Source: Synechococcus sp. (GTDB lineage Bacteria > Cyanobacteriota > Cyanobacteriia > Thermostichales > PCC-7336). From it: 64,000 nucleotides of DNA. A program made the position numbers and the translations under genes. Positions 19,057 to 29,869 of the stretch are shown here, in pieces (position 1 is the stretch's first letter; the number at the start of each line of letters is the position of its first letter). The stretch spans positions 34,009-98,008 of the forward strand of contig JBFRWN010000142.1 of NCBI GenBank assembly GCA_051439605.1, written 5' to 3'. Below the pieces are notes generated by a model. It ran no database searches. It had not been told where the DNA came from and was given only the letters and a program-made list of their open reading frames with translations.

Positions 19057-20121
19057 TTAACGGGATACCGATTGACCGATTTCAACTGGCTCGCGGGCCA
19101 TTTCCTCATCTGTAGCTTGGCTATCGTTAGTTAGGTTTTCGTTCGCAAACCCTTCTCCCTGCGATCTCTCACCTAAACGCAGCCGATCCACGATCGATTC
19201 GCGCTGGTGAATGCAGTAGACACTAGCGAGAGTGACGGCAGCTCCCAACCATTGGACGTTAGTCAAGGTTTCGTGCAGAAAAATATTCCCCAATAGCAAC
19301 GCAAAGACAGGGGTGAGAAACGTGAGAGAGCTGAATTGGGTCAGGTTTTCGCGAGAGGCGCAGTAGAAAAATAAGGCGTAAGCCAGCGCACTGGTGAAAA
19401 AGGCAATGTAGACAACCCCCCACCAAGCCTCTGGAGCTAGCTGGTCCCACTGGTGGGTTTCCGTTTTCAGCGACCACAGAATCAGGGGGACGCTGCCCAC
19501 TAGCATGTGCCATCCGGTGGCCACAATCGGGTCAACGTACTTTTGAATTTGGCGCATCATCACTGTGGCGATCGCCATCGACAGTGCCGCCAGCAACATC
19601 AGAACCGTCCCGCTAGATAGCGTGACATCGGATAACAGCAGACCGGACGCCCCCCATTCTGGGGCTAAACCAATGGTGATAATTCCCGATATACCGCAAG
19701 CCATAGCCAGCCAGCCTAACCAGCCAATGTGCTCGCCATAGAAGACGGCCGCCATCACCGCCACCGCAATGGGTTGAGTATCGATCAGGACTGACCCCAA
19801 ACCGGCTCCAGTGTCCTGAAGCCCTTCAATTAAAAACCCTTCAAATAGCGCCCCGTCGATAATTCCGAAGGCGATTACCCAGACCCAAGCTTTCCAACCT
19901 TTCGGTACTAAGTCTTTGCGCTCGAACCCCAGCCATTCCTGAGCTACCCACATCGTCATCAGTACGATCAGCCCAGCGGGGAGTAGGCGCATAGTGGCAA
20001 TAAACATTGGGGATGCCGCTGCCAGCGGCCCCTTCATCACCACCATCCCAGATCCCCACAGCACAAAAGGCATAAACGGAATCAGCTGCTGCCAGAAGGG
20101 CGGGGATGAATGCTGCTGCAT
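19057..20121 (-). CDS. DMT/EamA family transporter
   Basis: Ten TM helices in two EamA repeats (MRLLPAG, GSVLIDTQP, FLTPVFALLLG..FLHE). Confidence 0.9.
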   Translation of the reverse strand: MQQHSSPPFWQQLIPFMPFVLWGSGMVVMKGPLAAASPMFIATMRLLPAGLIVLMTMWVAQEWLGFERKDLVPKGWKAWVWVIAFGIIDGALFEGFLIEGLQDTGAGLGSVLIDTQPIAVAVMAAVFYGEHIGWLGWLAMACGISGIITIGLAPEWGASGLLLSDVTLSSGTVLMLLAALSMAIATVMMRQIQKYVDPIVATGWHMLVGSVPLILWSLKTETHQWDQLAPEAWWGVVYIAFFTSALAYALFFYCASRENLTQFSSLTFLTPVFALLLGNIFLHETLTNVQWLGAAVTLASVYCIHQRESIVDRLRLGERSQGEGFANENLTNDSQATDEEMAREPVEIGQSVSR

Positions 20122-20586
20122 GTGCGATCGTGTGTGTCTTCAAACTTATGTTAAGCAATCTGTCCGATAAAGTCTCATTCATGGAGACTTTTTTGCCTGA
20201 TTTTCGCAACAAATGCACGATTCAATCCGAACCACATAGGTAACGATCTTTCAGTTAGTACTGCAAGCTCCTCGCCCAGCTGGACTTCGGTTCGTTGAGA
20301 TGGAGATTGAGATGTCTTAAGCGACTTTAAGCTGCCATCAAAGACTGAAATCCCATTGTGCTGTTGCGGTCCTCAGCAACCCAGTTTGAACTATTCATCG
20401 CGTTAGACAATGGACTCTGGCGCACGATCCGCAGCAAAGTCCTCCCAGATTCGCGATGAATGACAACAGCAACTTCATAACCACCGAATGCTCGGAGGTT
20501 AGCATCAGCAATCTTTCTTGTATCTATAAGAAGAAACAATTGAATCTAGATAAGAAAATAACTGGTACTTAATGATATGATTCGGC

Positions 20587-20635
20587 CATAGGATTTATGA
20601 GACCAATAAATGGTCGAGTATAGATTTTTATTTAT
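20587..20635 (+). promoter_or_regulatory. Candidate LysR-type (NdhR/CcmR-like) operators upstream of bicA
   Basis: CATA-N5-TATG at 20587-20599 and ATAG-N8-TTAT at 20620-20635 (one mismatch from ATAG-N8-CTAT), in AT-rich promoter DNA. Confidence 0.35.
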
Positions 20636-20700
20636 GTATGTAATCGTTACTTTTCTAGCTTGCTGTTGAAAGCGCAGATCGTCATAAGGACCCATTCCCA

Positions 20701-22389
20701 ATGACCCTCACCTATTTCATCAATCGAATTCACTTCCAAAATTTACGCGGTGACTTTTTCGGAGGCATCGCTGCGGCAATTGTTTCATTACCGATGGCCT
20801 TGGCCTTCGGAGTGGCCTCTGGCGCAGGTCCCGCTGCTGGACTCTACGGTGCCATCATCATTGGCTTTTTTGCTTCGCTGTTTGGTGGCACCCCCACCCT
20901 GATTTCAGAACCCACTGGTCCTATGACGGTGGTAATGACGGCAGTTGTTGCGTCCCTGATGGCTGCCAATCCAGAAAATGGTATGGCGATGGCCTTCACC
21001 GTTGTGATGCTGGCCGGTGTCTTTCAGATCGTCTTTGGTTTGCTGAAGCTGGGAAAATACGTCACCCTAATGCCCTATTCCGTGATTTCGGGCTTCATGT
21101 CCGGGATAGGGTTTTTGCTGATTATTTTGCAGATGGCTCCGCTATTTGGCTTCTCGAACTCTGGCGGGGGAGCCATTGGAGCGATTCAAACATGGCCGGA
21201 GATGATTCGAGATTTCAACTTCCCTGAGTTTTCTCTGGGAGCTGTCACCATTGCTATCTTGTTTCTGACTCCTCGCAAGATCAGAACGCTAATGCCACCT
21301 CAGCTGTTGGCACTCATCCTTGCCACAGTATTGTCTTTGCTGGCGTTTCAAGGGGTCGACATCGATCGCATTGGTGCCTTTGAAGTTGGCATTCCCGAAC
21401 TGACGGTGCCCACATTTACCTTGGCTCAAGCACGTATCATTTTCGTAGATAGTCTAGTCTTGGGGATGCTGGGCTGCATCGACTCGCTGTTGACCTCTGT
21501 CGTTGCTGATAGCTTAACTCGCACTCAACACAACTCGAATAAGGAGCTTGTCGGTCAAGGGATTGGCAATATTATTTCTGGCCTGTTGGGGGGATTACCA
21601 GGGGCTGGTGCCACCATGGGAACAGTGGTCAACATTCAAACTGGGGGACGCACCATTCTCTCCGGCTTGATTCGATCCGCTATTTTATTGACAGTGGTCG
21701 TCCTCGCCTCTGGCGTTACCTCGGTGATTCCCAAAGCCGTGCTAGCAGGCATTGCCATTCGAGTGGGAATTGGCTGTGTAGATTGGGGATTTCTGAAGCG
21801 TTCTCTGTTTGTTTCTCGCAAAGCTGCTGCCATTACCTACTGCACAATTGCCATCACTGTGTTCGGCGATCTGATTACCGCCGTGGCAATCGGGGTATTT
21901 GTGGCTAATGTACTCACCATCGAACGACTGACTGAACTGCGAGTTGAGTCATTTACTGCAGTAACCGATGCAGATGATGAAATACTGTTGACAGACGAAG
22001 AAAATCTCTTGCTTAAGCGCGGTGATAACCGTATTCTGCTGTTCCATCTAGACGGCCCGATGATTTTCGGGGTCGCGAAGGCGATTGAACGCGAGCAGGC
22101 AGCATTAGACGGAAAAGACGTCTTGGTGGTAGATCTCAGCGATGTTCCTATGATGGGGGTAACCTCTTCACTGGCGATTGAGAATACCATCGAGCAGGCT
22201 CTCGATAAAGGGTTAGAGGTATTCATCGTCGGGGCCTCTGGTTCGGTCCAGAAACGTCTGGAAAAATTCGGCATTTTTGAAACGATTCCGTCCCAAAATC
22301 AAGTTGTTAGGCGGGTGGATGCATTGAGGCGCGCGGTGGAGATTGTCAGCCAAAAAACTGGCATGCCAACTTCAGTTCGAACCTTATAG
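20701..22389 (+). CDS. bicA: SulP-family Na+-dependent bicarbonate transporter BicA
   Basis: LRGDFFGG..LPMALAFG, TPTLISEPTGPM signature, C-terminal STAS domain. Confidence 0.93.
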   Translation: MTLTYFINRIHFQNLRGDFFGGIAAAIVSLPMALAFGVASGAGPAAGLYGAIIIGFFASLFGGTPTLISEPTGPMTVVMTAVVASLMAANPENGMAMAFTVVMLAGVFQIVFGLLKLGKYVTLMPYSVISGFMSGIGFLLIILQMAPLFGFSNSGGGAIGAIQTWPEMIRDFNFPEFSLGAVTIAILFLTPRKIRTLMPPQLLALILATVLSLLAFQGVDIDRIGAFEVGIPELTVPTFTLAQARIIFVDSLVLGMLGCIDSLLTSVVADSLTRTQHNSNKELVGQGIGNIISGLLGGLPGAGATMGTVVNIQTGGRTILSGLIRSAILLTVVVLASGVTSVIPKAVLAGIAIRVGIGCVDWGFLKRSLFVSRKAAAITYCTIAITVFGDLITAVAIGVFVANVLTIERLTELRVESFTAVTDADDEILLTDEENLLLKRGDNRILLFHLDGPMIFGVAKAIEREQAALDGKDVLVVDLSDVPMMGVTSSLAIENTIEQALDKGLEVFIVGASGSVQKRLEKFGIFETIPSQNQVVRRVDALRRAVEIVSQKTGMPTSVRTL

Positions 22390-22415
22390 GGATATGAATT
22401 GACCGATCGAAGCCT

Positions 22416-22670
22416 ATGGAGAACTCCGATACGAGTGAGCAATTCGATCGCCTTGATGGCCAAAAACCGTTGTTAACGGTCGTGCTGGCTGCGCTCGCAC
22501 TGTTCTTGGGAATGACCGAGCCGTACACTCAGCTCAAAGCTCCTTCTGCTCGTCCTAAACCCGCTGCAGCTCGCAAATTGGCGAAGGCTTATCCTTTGGC
22601 GGATCGCAAATATAACAGCGCGATGGGCAAGCGCTCTCCTTTTCATACCACCGAGAGGGTCATCCGTTAG
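22416..22670 (+). CDS. Possible small single-TM protein between bicA and the antiporter
   Basis: One hydrophobic helix; start context GAAGCCTATGGA is identical to that of the downstream antiporter. Confidence 0.35.
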   Translation: MENSDTSEQFDRLDGQKPLLTVVLAALALFLGMTEPYTQLKAPSARPKPAAARKLAKAYPLADRKYNSAMGKRSPFHTTERVIR

Positions 22671-22689
22671 TCTGGGGATTCGTTACATT

Positions 22690-22723
22690 GGTTAAGTCTC
22701 CCCCGAGGTTAAGTCTCCCCCGA
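22690..22723. repeat. Perfect 17-bp direct tandem duplication
   Basis: GGTTAAGTCTCCCCCGA x2. Confidence 0.9.
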
Positions 22724-22912
22724 TTGGATGTTAATGCTACCAAGAGTTCCCACCTTGTTGACATCTAGGCATCCATACCGTTAGCGACTAACGCCGCCTT
22801 CAACGACTTCTCACTTTAGAATTTCATCAACCTCATGGAAAGGGCGATCGCGAGATCGTCCTTTTATCACATCATTGTCTTGCCACCTACCTACCTGTGA
22901 TTTCAGAAGCCT

Positions 22913-24988
22913 ATGGATTTTTTGCTCGAGAAAGTTGCCGACACCCCCCTTTTGGGCTTCACGTTATTGCTTTTGGTCGTACTGACCCTACCGCCTTTGT
23001 TCGAGCGGTTGAAGCTACCGGGGCTGGTGGGTCTGCTATTGGCGGGTATGGCATTAGGACCCTGGGGACTGCAGGTGCTGGATCCAAAAGGGGAAACCAT
23101 GACGCTGATGTCAGACATTGGCAAGATATACCTGATGTTTGTGGCCGGTCTCGAGATTGACCTAGAGGATTTCCGGAGGCAAAAAAATCAGGCCTTGGGG
23201 TTTGGGTTTGCAACGTTTATTTTCCCCTTGGTGGCTGGGGTATGGGTGGGGCAAGCCTTTGGATATGGCTGGAACGCATCGATTTTGCTTGGGTCTTTAC
23301 TGGCTTCCCATACGTTGCTGGGCTATCCAATTGTTCGCAAGTTTGGGGTGGCGGGGAGTTCTGCCGTTACCGCCACCATCGGGGCGACGATTTTTACAGA
23401 TATTGCAGCTCTATTGGTGCTGGCCATCTGTATCTCCATCCATGCGGGAGACTTTACCGCCTCCACGTTAGTGCTGCAGTTGGCCGCACTGGGAAGTTAT
23501 GCTGCCCTTGTATTGTTCGGGTTGGACTGGGCGGGGAAAAAGTACTTCCAACAGGTGGGAGACGAGGAAGGCAATCAATTTTTGTTCGTTCTACTGGCTG
23601 TGTTTATCGCTTCCGCAGGCGCACAGGCCATCAATGTAGACAAGATTGTGGGGGCTTTTTTGGCGGGGTTGGCCATTAATGACGTTGTCGGCCACAGTCC
23701 GGTGGAAGACAAAGTGGTGTTTGTGGGCAGTACTTTGTTCATCCCATTTTTCTTCGTGGGGATGGGGTTACTGGTGGATATCCCGGCCTTCATTCAGGCA
23801 TTGGGGTCAGAGTTGGGGCTTATTCTGGCCATTGTGGCTGCCCTGTTCGGAGGGAAATTATTGGCCACCCTAGCGGCGCGCTTTGCCTACGGGTATGACT
23901 GGAACGAATCCATGACAATGTGGTCGCTATCGCTGCCCCAGGTGGCGGCGACGCTGGCGGCGGCTTTGGCAGGATTCAATGCAGGGTTGTTGCCCCAGCC
24001 GGTATTCAGTGCAGTCATCGTGCTGATGCTGGTCACGGCGATTGTTGGACCGGTACTCACCTCTAGGTTTGCTCCCCGTATTGCTTTGGTTGCTGAGGGC
24101 AAAGGTCAAGATCGCGACTTCGATCCCGAGCAGGATACTTTCCTCAATACCCGTCCGGGGAAGCCTTTTACGGTGGTGGTTCCCGTTGCTAACCCCACAA
24201 CTGAACGCAACTTGATCGAGTTAGGGGCATTGCTGGTCAAACACGAGAGTGGTTCTTTGGGGGCGTTGTCGATTGTAAAGGGACACCAAAGAATGGATGC
24301 CCCCGAGCTGGACCTGGGGCTGGAGCGGGGACGAGCATTGTTGCAACAAGCCAGTGAGGTGGGGGAGGAGTTTGGGGTGCGGACTCGGCCTTTGATACGT
24401 ATCAGCGACGATATTGCACGGGGAATCAGTCGTTCTGCTAAAGAAGCCGGGGCCGATTTGTTGCTGATGGGCTGGAGCGATAACACCCAATTGATGGCTC
24501 GCTTGGTGGGCAGCATTGTGGATAGCGTATTTTGGTCTGCCCACTGTCCGGTGGCGGTAGTGCGGTTGCTGAAAGAACCGGTGGATATCGATCGCATTTT
24601 GGTACCGGTGCGGGATCTATCGGCCAAGTCCCGCCATGCCATCAAATTTGCCCTGCTGTTTGCCGATACTCACAACGCAAAAGTTACCCTGCTACACGTT
24701 TACGAAAACCCTACCTCTAAGGAGGTCAGCACTGCCTTCAAGGAAAAACTAGAGGATGTCGCGCGAACTTGTCAGTTGCCTGTGCAAACCACTACCAAGA
24801 TTATGCAGGGGACTGAGGTGGCTAGAACGGTTGTGAAAGAAGCCCAAAAGCACGACATGGTCATGCTGCGGTCTGTGCGCCGCACCACTATTGGTGGATT
24901 GGCAGTGAGCGACACTTCAAATAAAGTGCTGAGAAAGATATCTTGCTCCTTTGTTCTCTTAGGGGAGCCAGAGCATCACAGTGTTTAA
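22913..24988 (+). CDS. CPA2-family cation/H+ antiporter with C-terminal universal-stress-protein domains (NhaS5-like)
   Basis: LMFVAGLEID, ASHTLLGYP and GATIFTD; USP-like VVVPVANP...LLMGW and ILVPV segments. Confidence 0.92.
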   Translation: MDFLLEKVADTPLLGFTLLLLVVLTLPPLFERLKLPGLVGLLLAGMALGPWGLQVLDPKGETMTLMSDIGKIYLMFVAGLEIDLEDFRRQKNQALGFGFATFIFPLVAGVWVGQAFGYGWNASILLGSLLASHTLLGYPIVRKFGVAGSSAVTATIGATIFTDIAALLVLAICISIHAGDFTASTLVLQLAALGSYAALVLFGLDWAGKKYFQQVGDEEGNQFLFVLLAVFIASAGAQAINVDKIVGAFLAGLAINDVVGHSPVEDKVVFVGSTLFIPFFFVGMGLLVDIPAFIQALGSELGLILAIVAALFGGKLLATLAARFAYGYDWNESMTMWSLSLPQVAATLAAALAGFNAGLLPQPVFSAVIVLMLVTAIVGPVLTSRFAPRIALVAEGKGQDRDFDPEQDTFLNTRPGKPFTVVVPVANPTTERNLIELGALLVKHESGSLGALSIVKGHQRMDAPELDLGLERGRALLQQASEVGEEFGVRTRPLIRISDDIARGISRSAKEAGADLLLMGWSDNTQLMARLVGSIVDSVFWSAHCPVAVVRLLKEPVDIDRILVPVRDLSAKSRHAIKFALLFADTHNAKVTLLHVYENPTSKEVSTAFKEKLEDVARTCQLPVQTTTKIMQGTEVARTVVKEAQKHDMVMLRSVRRTTIGGLAVSDTSNKVLRKISCSFVLLGEPEHHSV

Positions 24989-25090
24989 TCGAATTGATAG
25001 AGAATAAAGATTGATATTAAAATAATCTTTATACCAAGCAAATTAAGAAAAAATTGATTGGAAGATATGTTTCAAATTGGTTGTTTGAAA

Positions 25091-25786
25091 TCACAGCTTG
25101 TCTAAAAATTCTTTGAATAGAGCGATCGCCTGCGGGGGAATTTCATGCATGGCATCGACCTCGTAAAACCTTAAGTTAACTTGCATCGATTCCAACTTGC
25201 GTTTTGTATTGTGGGCGTAGGCAATTGGTACCACCGGATCGCGAGAACCATGCACCATCAATACAGGGGGAAAAGGAGAGTTGGCGTCAGCCACAAGGGG
25301 TTCCCCCACCCAAAATCCGCTCAAGCACACCAGTCCAGCCAAGCGAGGCTGAATCCCCAATCCCACTCGCAGAGTCATGGCTCCCCCCTGAGAAAACCCT
25401 GCCAAAACCGTTCGTTCTAGGGGAATGCCCGAGCGTTCCTCTAGCGTTAACAACCAGTTCTGCAAGAGTTCCGCGCTCTCATCAGCCCCTTCCAAACCCT
25501 CTAAACCAAACCAAGATTGACCTCCGGGAACCTGGGGATGAGGTAAGGGGGCATTGGGAAACCAGTAATGGCAATCGGGCTTGCCCAATGCCTGGGCCAC
25601 TGGTACCAGATCGCGGCAGTTCGCTCCCCAGCCATGCAGTAAAACCAGTTGCGCAACCTTGGACTCTGGTGAAGATGGGGCTTGAGGAACAGCGTCGGAA
25701 GAATGACTAAGGGGACGAGGGGGTAAATCAATGGACTGCAGCATCAGGCAGGGCAGAATCTGAGGAACTAAGGATAATCGTCTCAT
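25091..25786 (-). CDS. Phospholipase/carboxylesterase (alpha/beta hydrolase)
   Basis: LHGWG, GFSQG nucleophile elbow, HGSRDPVV and MHEI; start uncertain. Confidence 0.9.
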   Translation of the reverse strand: MRRLSLVPQILPCLMLQSIDLPPRPLSHSSDAVPQAPSSPESKVAQLVLLHGWGANCRDLVPVAQALGKPDCHYWFPNAPLPHPQVPGGQSWFGLEGLEGADESAELLQNWLLTLEERSGIPLERTVLAGFSQGGAMTLRVGLGIQPRLAGLVCLSGFWVGEPLVADANSPFPPVLMVHGSRDPVVPIAYAHNTKRKLESMQVNLRFYEVDAMHEIPPQAIALFKEFLDKL

Positions 25787-26135
25787 CTCAGCCGAACGCT
25801 CGCTTGAAGGGCGGCGCGGTCAGTCTCAAATCGATAAGGAGGTTTACATGACAGTCATTCACTAACATTAAAAAAATACCTATCTCTGAGCGATCCCTAA
25901 CAGATACAGTGCTAGCTTGAAATTCTAAGGAGGGGCGCTCGTAAGGACTCAAAGTCAATGTCCAAGGGTGTTTCTTGAGTAGAAGTCAGATGACAAAGTA
26001 GACGGCATGTTAATTTCTTGCAAGATTTGTATCGACACTTTACGGACTGGGCACTGGTCAATCGATAGGTGCATAATGGCAGAATCCTTAGTTCGGGATC
26101 GCTTTTTTATGTGGTCGATCTTGTGAGGTATGGCG

Positions 26136-26253
26136 TAAAATAAGGGAGTAATAGAAATATGAGAGTTGAAAAATAAATCACATCAAAAAACTCTCTCTAT
26201 TACTACAGTAGTAACTAAATAAGGCTCTTAATTACCATTGTGAATGGAGGAGG
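26136..26253 (+). promoter_or_regulatory. lrtA promoter (-10 TAAAAT), structured 5' UTR and RBS
   Basis: TAAAAT 26136-26141; hairpin arms AGTAATAGA/TCTATTACT and GAGAGTT/AACTCTC; GGAGGAGG before ATG 26261. Confidence 0.5.
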
Positions 26254-26260
26254 CATTCCT

Positions 26261-26836
26261 ATGCTGAAAATGGTTGTTCAAGGTAGAAATATAGACATTA
26301 CAGATTCCATTCACGGCTACGTCCAGGAAAAGATAGAGAAAGCGGTCAGCCACTTCTCCCATCTTACGAGCGAAGTTGATATTAATTTGTCGGTCGAACG
26401 AAACCCCCGTATTAGTAATAACCATTCTGCAGAGGTCACAATTTACGCCAACGGCAAAGTGATTCGCGCCCACGAGAGTAGCGAAAACATGTATGCCAGC
26501 ATCGATCGCGTAGCGGATAAAATTGCTCGACAATTGCGAAAATTCAAAGAGCGTAACGGCCGCGATCGCAACAAGCACAAGCCCAAAACCTCTGTGGCGG
26601 TGGGCTGGCAGCCGATAGAAAATCCCCCCAATGCCGAACGCGAACCTCAGCTTCCCCCAGAAGTGGTGCGCTCGAAATACTTTTCGATGCCCCCCATGAC
26701 GGTGGAAGAAGCGCTTCATCAGCTGGAACTCGTGGATCATGACTTCTTCATGTTCCGCAATGCCGATACCAGCGAGATCAATGTTATCTACGAACGCAAT
26801 CATGGAGGGTTCGGGGTAATTTGCCCGAGAAACTAG
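26261..26836 (+). CDS. lrtA: Ribosome hibernation factor LrtA (long HPF / PSRP1)
   Basis: [10 protein letters not shown]...KI, MYASID, C-terminal [17 protein letters not shown]; strong RBS. Confidence 0.97.
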   Translation: MLKMVVQGRNIDITDSIHGYVQEKIEKAVSHFSHLTSEVDINLSVERNPRISNNHSAEVTIYANGKVIRAHESSENMYASIDRVADKIARQLRKFKERNGRDRNKHKPKTSVAVGWQPIENPPNAEREPQLPPEVVRSKYFSMPPMTVEEALHQLELVDHDFFMFRNADTSEINVIYERNHGGFGVICPRN

Positions 26837-27104
26837 CAGGGCATTGATTCCGGATGCTCTGCGAGAGTTGCTGACCTTGCTCCTACAGTTTAAGTAGATC
26901 TTTTCTTAAATAGATCTTTTCTCCACCCAAGCGTTACGCTGCTGGGTGGAGTTTCTAATGCTTTATTTTTCTGGAATGAGTTGATTGAACGGAGTGTTTC
27001 AGTTATTTCAGTTCTCATACCTACAAGGGTTTCAGGCCTGAGATCTCTCCCAGGCGGATTGATAGCTGCGATCGCTCTCCTCTGCAAATATCACCCAATT
27101 ACCC

Positions 27105-27854
27105 ATGCGCTCATTATTAGCCGCCATTGCCTTTTACACCGTGATTCCTTTACCCAAAAAACTGTCCCTCAATTTTGAGCGAGTGGCCCGCTGGCTGCCT
27201 GTTGTAGGTTTGGGACTTGGAGGCATTTTGGCTGGGGTAGATGCACTGTTGGGGTGGGTGCTTGCCCCAGCAATGCGATCGCTGTTGGTGCTGTGTTTTT
27301 GGTTGGGGATTACAGGAGGGCTGCATCTGGATGGGGCGATGGATACCGCTGACGGACTTGCCGCTGGCGATCGCACGGTACGGGGGACTGAGCGGCGATT
27401 AGAGGCCATGTCCGATAGCTATACCGGTGCGTTTGGGGTGATGGTGGCGATCGTACTGCTGCTGTTGAAATTTGTTTCAGTCATGCATTTACCTCAACCC
27501 CGCTGGATTTGGCTGCTGCTTACCCCCATGTGGGGGCGGTGGGCACAGTTGGGGGCTATTGCCTTCTACCCCTATCTCAAACCACAGGGCAAAGGACGGT
27601 TTCTGAAGGACAGTACCTCCTTAACAGAATTTGTCGTCCCGACGGGATCCGTAGTGGTGGTTTGTGCCATAACGCGGTTGCTGACAAAGCAGACGCAGAC
27701 ACCTGCTGTTGCCCTCTGGATGCTGATTTCTGCAGCGATCGCGTTGGGGGTGGGGGCATGGTTCAATCGCCAGTTTGGGGGGCATACCGGCGACACCTAC
27801 GGGGCTACGGTGGAATGGACAGAGGCGATCGTATTGGTGATAGCTACGTTGTAA
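27105..27854 (+). CDS. cobS: Adenosylcobinamide-GDP ribazoletransferase
   Basis: TGGLHLDGAMDTADG, MSDSYTGAFG and FGGHTGDTYGA. Confidence 0.96.
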   Translation: MRSLLAAIAFYTVIPLPKKLSLNFERVARWLPVVGLGLGGILAGVDALLGWVLAPAMRSLLVLCFWLGITGGLHLDGAMDTADGLAAGDRTVRGTERRLEAMSDSYTGAFGVMVAIVLLLLKFVSVMHLPQPRWIWLLLTPMWGRWAQLGAIAFYPYLKPQGKGRFLKDSTSLTEFVVPTGSVVVVCAITRLLTKQTQTPAVALWMLISAAIALGVGAWFNRQFGGHTGDTYGATVEWTEAIVLVIATL

Positions 27855-28042
27855 GCTTCCATGCCATTGTGTCTATGCCAATTGTCAGATTCATAGCCAG
27901 GCGCATTACTTTAGAAGTTATCTGGTAGCAAAATTGCTATCTATATCTTAGAGAAAGTCTCTTATTGATCCATGAATTCTCCTTTCACTGGAATCCAAAG
28001 CTCTATGCAACAATTGCGTAGAACTGTGTCATTCATTACGTT

Positions 28043-29500
28043 TTGCTGGGCATGCCCATCCAACAGAAGCTGAAGCCTGCTCTGCGTGCGCTGGCGGTTT
28101 CGGCACGTCCCCTAGCGACCTTATCAGTATTGGTGGCCACGGACCTGGCGGCCCTGGCCCTAGCGGCTGTGGTCAGCGTGTGGGGACGGCTGTGGTTGGG
28201 GGGGAGTTACTCTCCCTCGCTGTACTGGCCGATGTGGCCGTTGCTAGGTCTATTTTTGTTGGGGTACAGCATTGTGGGGCTGTATGCAGGCGTGGCCCTT
28301 AGCCCTGCAGATGAATTGCGTCGCACCACCGTTACCACCACCTTGATTTTCGTAGCGTTGGGAACGGCGACATTCTTGCTCAGAAACATCGATATCAATG
28401 TCTATTCTCGCGGTGTTTTTCTTCTGGCTTGGTTGATGTCTGTAGCTGCTGTGCCTCTGGGTCGGGGCTTGGTGCGTCAACTGTTTGCTTCTCAGCCCTG
28501 GTGGGGTTATCCAGTTTTAGTGCTGGGGGCAGGAAAAACAGGCTCTATGGTCATCGAGACACTCCGTGCCCGACCTGAAATTGGCCTTAAACCTGTTGCG
28601 GTATTGGATGACGATCCAAGCAAGCACGGTTCGCTGATGGGGATTCCGGTGGTAGGCAAGGTGAGTCGAGCTCCAGAACTGGCCCGCCGACTGCATTTGA
28701 CCTATGCGATTGTGGCGATGCCTGGGGTCACTAGCTCACAGGTAGTGAACCTGTTAGAGAAGTACGGCCAGCTGTTTCGCCATGTCTTGTTTATTCCCGA
28801 TCTGTTTGGCTTTTCCAGTTTGTGGGTGGTTGCTAGAGATATGGGGGGGGTGCTGGGCCTAGAGGTGCGACAACAGCTCCTGCTGCCTGGGCCGCAATTG
28901 CTTAAGGTGTGTTTAAACATGCTGCTGACCTTGGTGAGTGGCCTGCTGATCTTCCCCTTGATTGTGGTGTGTGCACTGGCGATTAAGCTTGATTCCCACG
29001 GACCGGTGTTTTACGGCCATACTCGCATCGGCAAAGGACGACAGCATTTTACCGCCTGGAAATTCCGCTCGATGTACCTGGATAGCGATCGCATTTTGGC
29101 AGAATATCTGCAAGCCCACCCAGAAATGCAGGAGGAGTGGAAACAGGAGCGCAAGCTCAAGGACGATCCGCGTATTACTCGGGTCGGTAAATTTCTGCGA
29201 CGGACTAGTCTAGATGAGCTTCCACAGCTGTGGAACGTTTTGTTGGGGGAAATGAGTTTAGTAGGACCGCGACCGATTGTGGACGATGAAGTACCTCTGT
29301 ACGGCGACAAGTTTGACTTGTATCTGAAGGTATTGCCTGGCATTACGGGATTGTGGCAGGTGTCCGGTCGCAGCGATACAACCTATAACCAACGGGTCAA
29401 ATTAGATGAGTATTACGTGCGTAATTGGTCTGTTTGGTTGGATATTTACATTTTGACGAAAACCATTTGGGTGGCCCTGCGAGCTAAAGGGGCTTACTAG
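28043..29500 (+). CDS. wbaP: Undecaprenyl-phosphate galactose/glucose phosphotransferase (WbaP type)
   Basis: N-terminal TMs, VLGAG, KFRSM, DPRITRVG..LRRTSLDELPQL, MSLVGPRP and PGITGLWQVSGRS. Confidence 0.92.
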   Translation: MLGMPIQQKLKPALRALAVSARPLATLSVLVATDLAALALAAVVSVWGRLWLGGSYSPSLYWPMWPLLGLFLLGYSIVGLYAGVALSPADELRRTTVTTTLIFVALGTATFLLRNIDINVYSRGVFLLAWLMSVAAVPLGRGLVRQLFASQPWWGYPVLVLGAGKTGSMVIETLRARPEIGLKPVAVLDDDPSKHGSLMGIPVVGKVSRAPELARRLHLTYAIVAMPGVTSSQVVNLLEKYGQLFRHVLFIPDLFGFSSLWVVARDMGGVLGLEVRQQLLLPGPQLLKVCLNMLLTLVSGLLIFPLIVVCALAIKLDSHGPVFYGHTRIGKGRQHFTAWKFRSMYLDSDRILAEYLQAHPEMQEEWKQERKLKDDPRITRVGKFLRRTSLDELPQLWNVLLGEMSLVGPRPIVDDEVPLYGDKFDLYLKVLPGITGLWQVSGRSDTTYNQRVKLDEYYVRNWSVWLDIYILTKTIWVALRAKGAY

Positions 29501-29869
29501 CTTTCTGGATCTCCTTCATGTCAGCTCAACTAAGACTTGTTCGGCCAATCTCAACTTCCCGATTGGATCCTATTCATTGCTTTATTTGATGTAAGTAAGG
29601 AGTGTTCAGCAGATGTTGTAGCTTGACATAAGGATAACAATTTTAAAATGCTCCTGAAAGCAACTACTCTCTTAGTATTTGATTCATTCGGAGTTTTGTA
29701 AATGAGTGATAATATACGTAAGTCATTGTTAGGATCCTGATGTCATAGCCTATTGATCTTGAGACGTTATTTCTGGTTTTATACTTATCTATATCTAATC
29801 AAATATTGCCAAGGTTCATATACAATATGTAAACCCTAAAATTTAGTCAGCACCAACGATCTAGAATCA

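Noticed and set aside
20327..20539. 70-aa ORF divergent from bicA
   Set aside because: No RBS or motif, non-ATG start, and it lies in the promoter region.
27004..27036. Degenerate cyanobacterial short dispersed repeat (…AAGGGTTTCAG), with similar traces near 37780, 32750 and 11845
   Set aside because: Too degenerate to define a family by eye.
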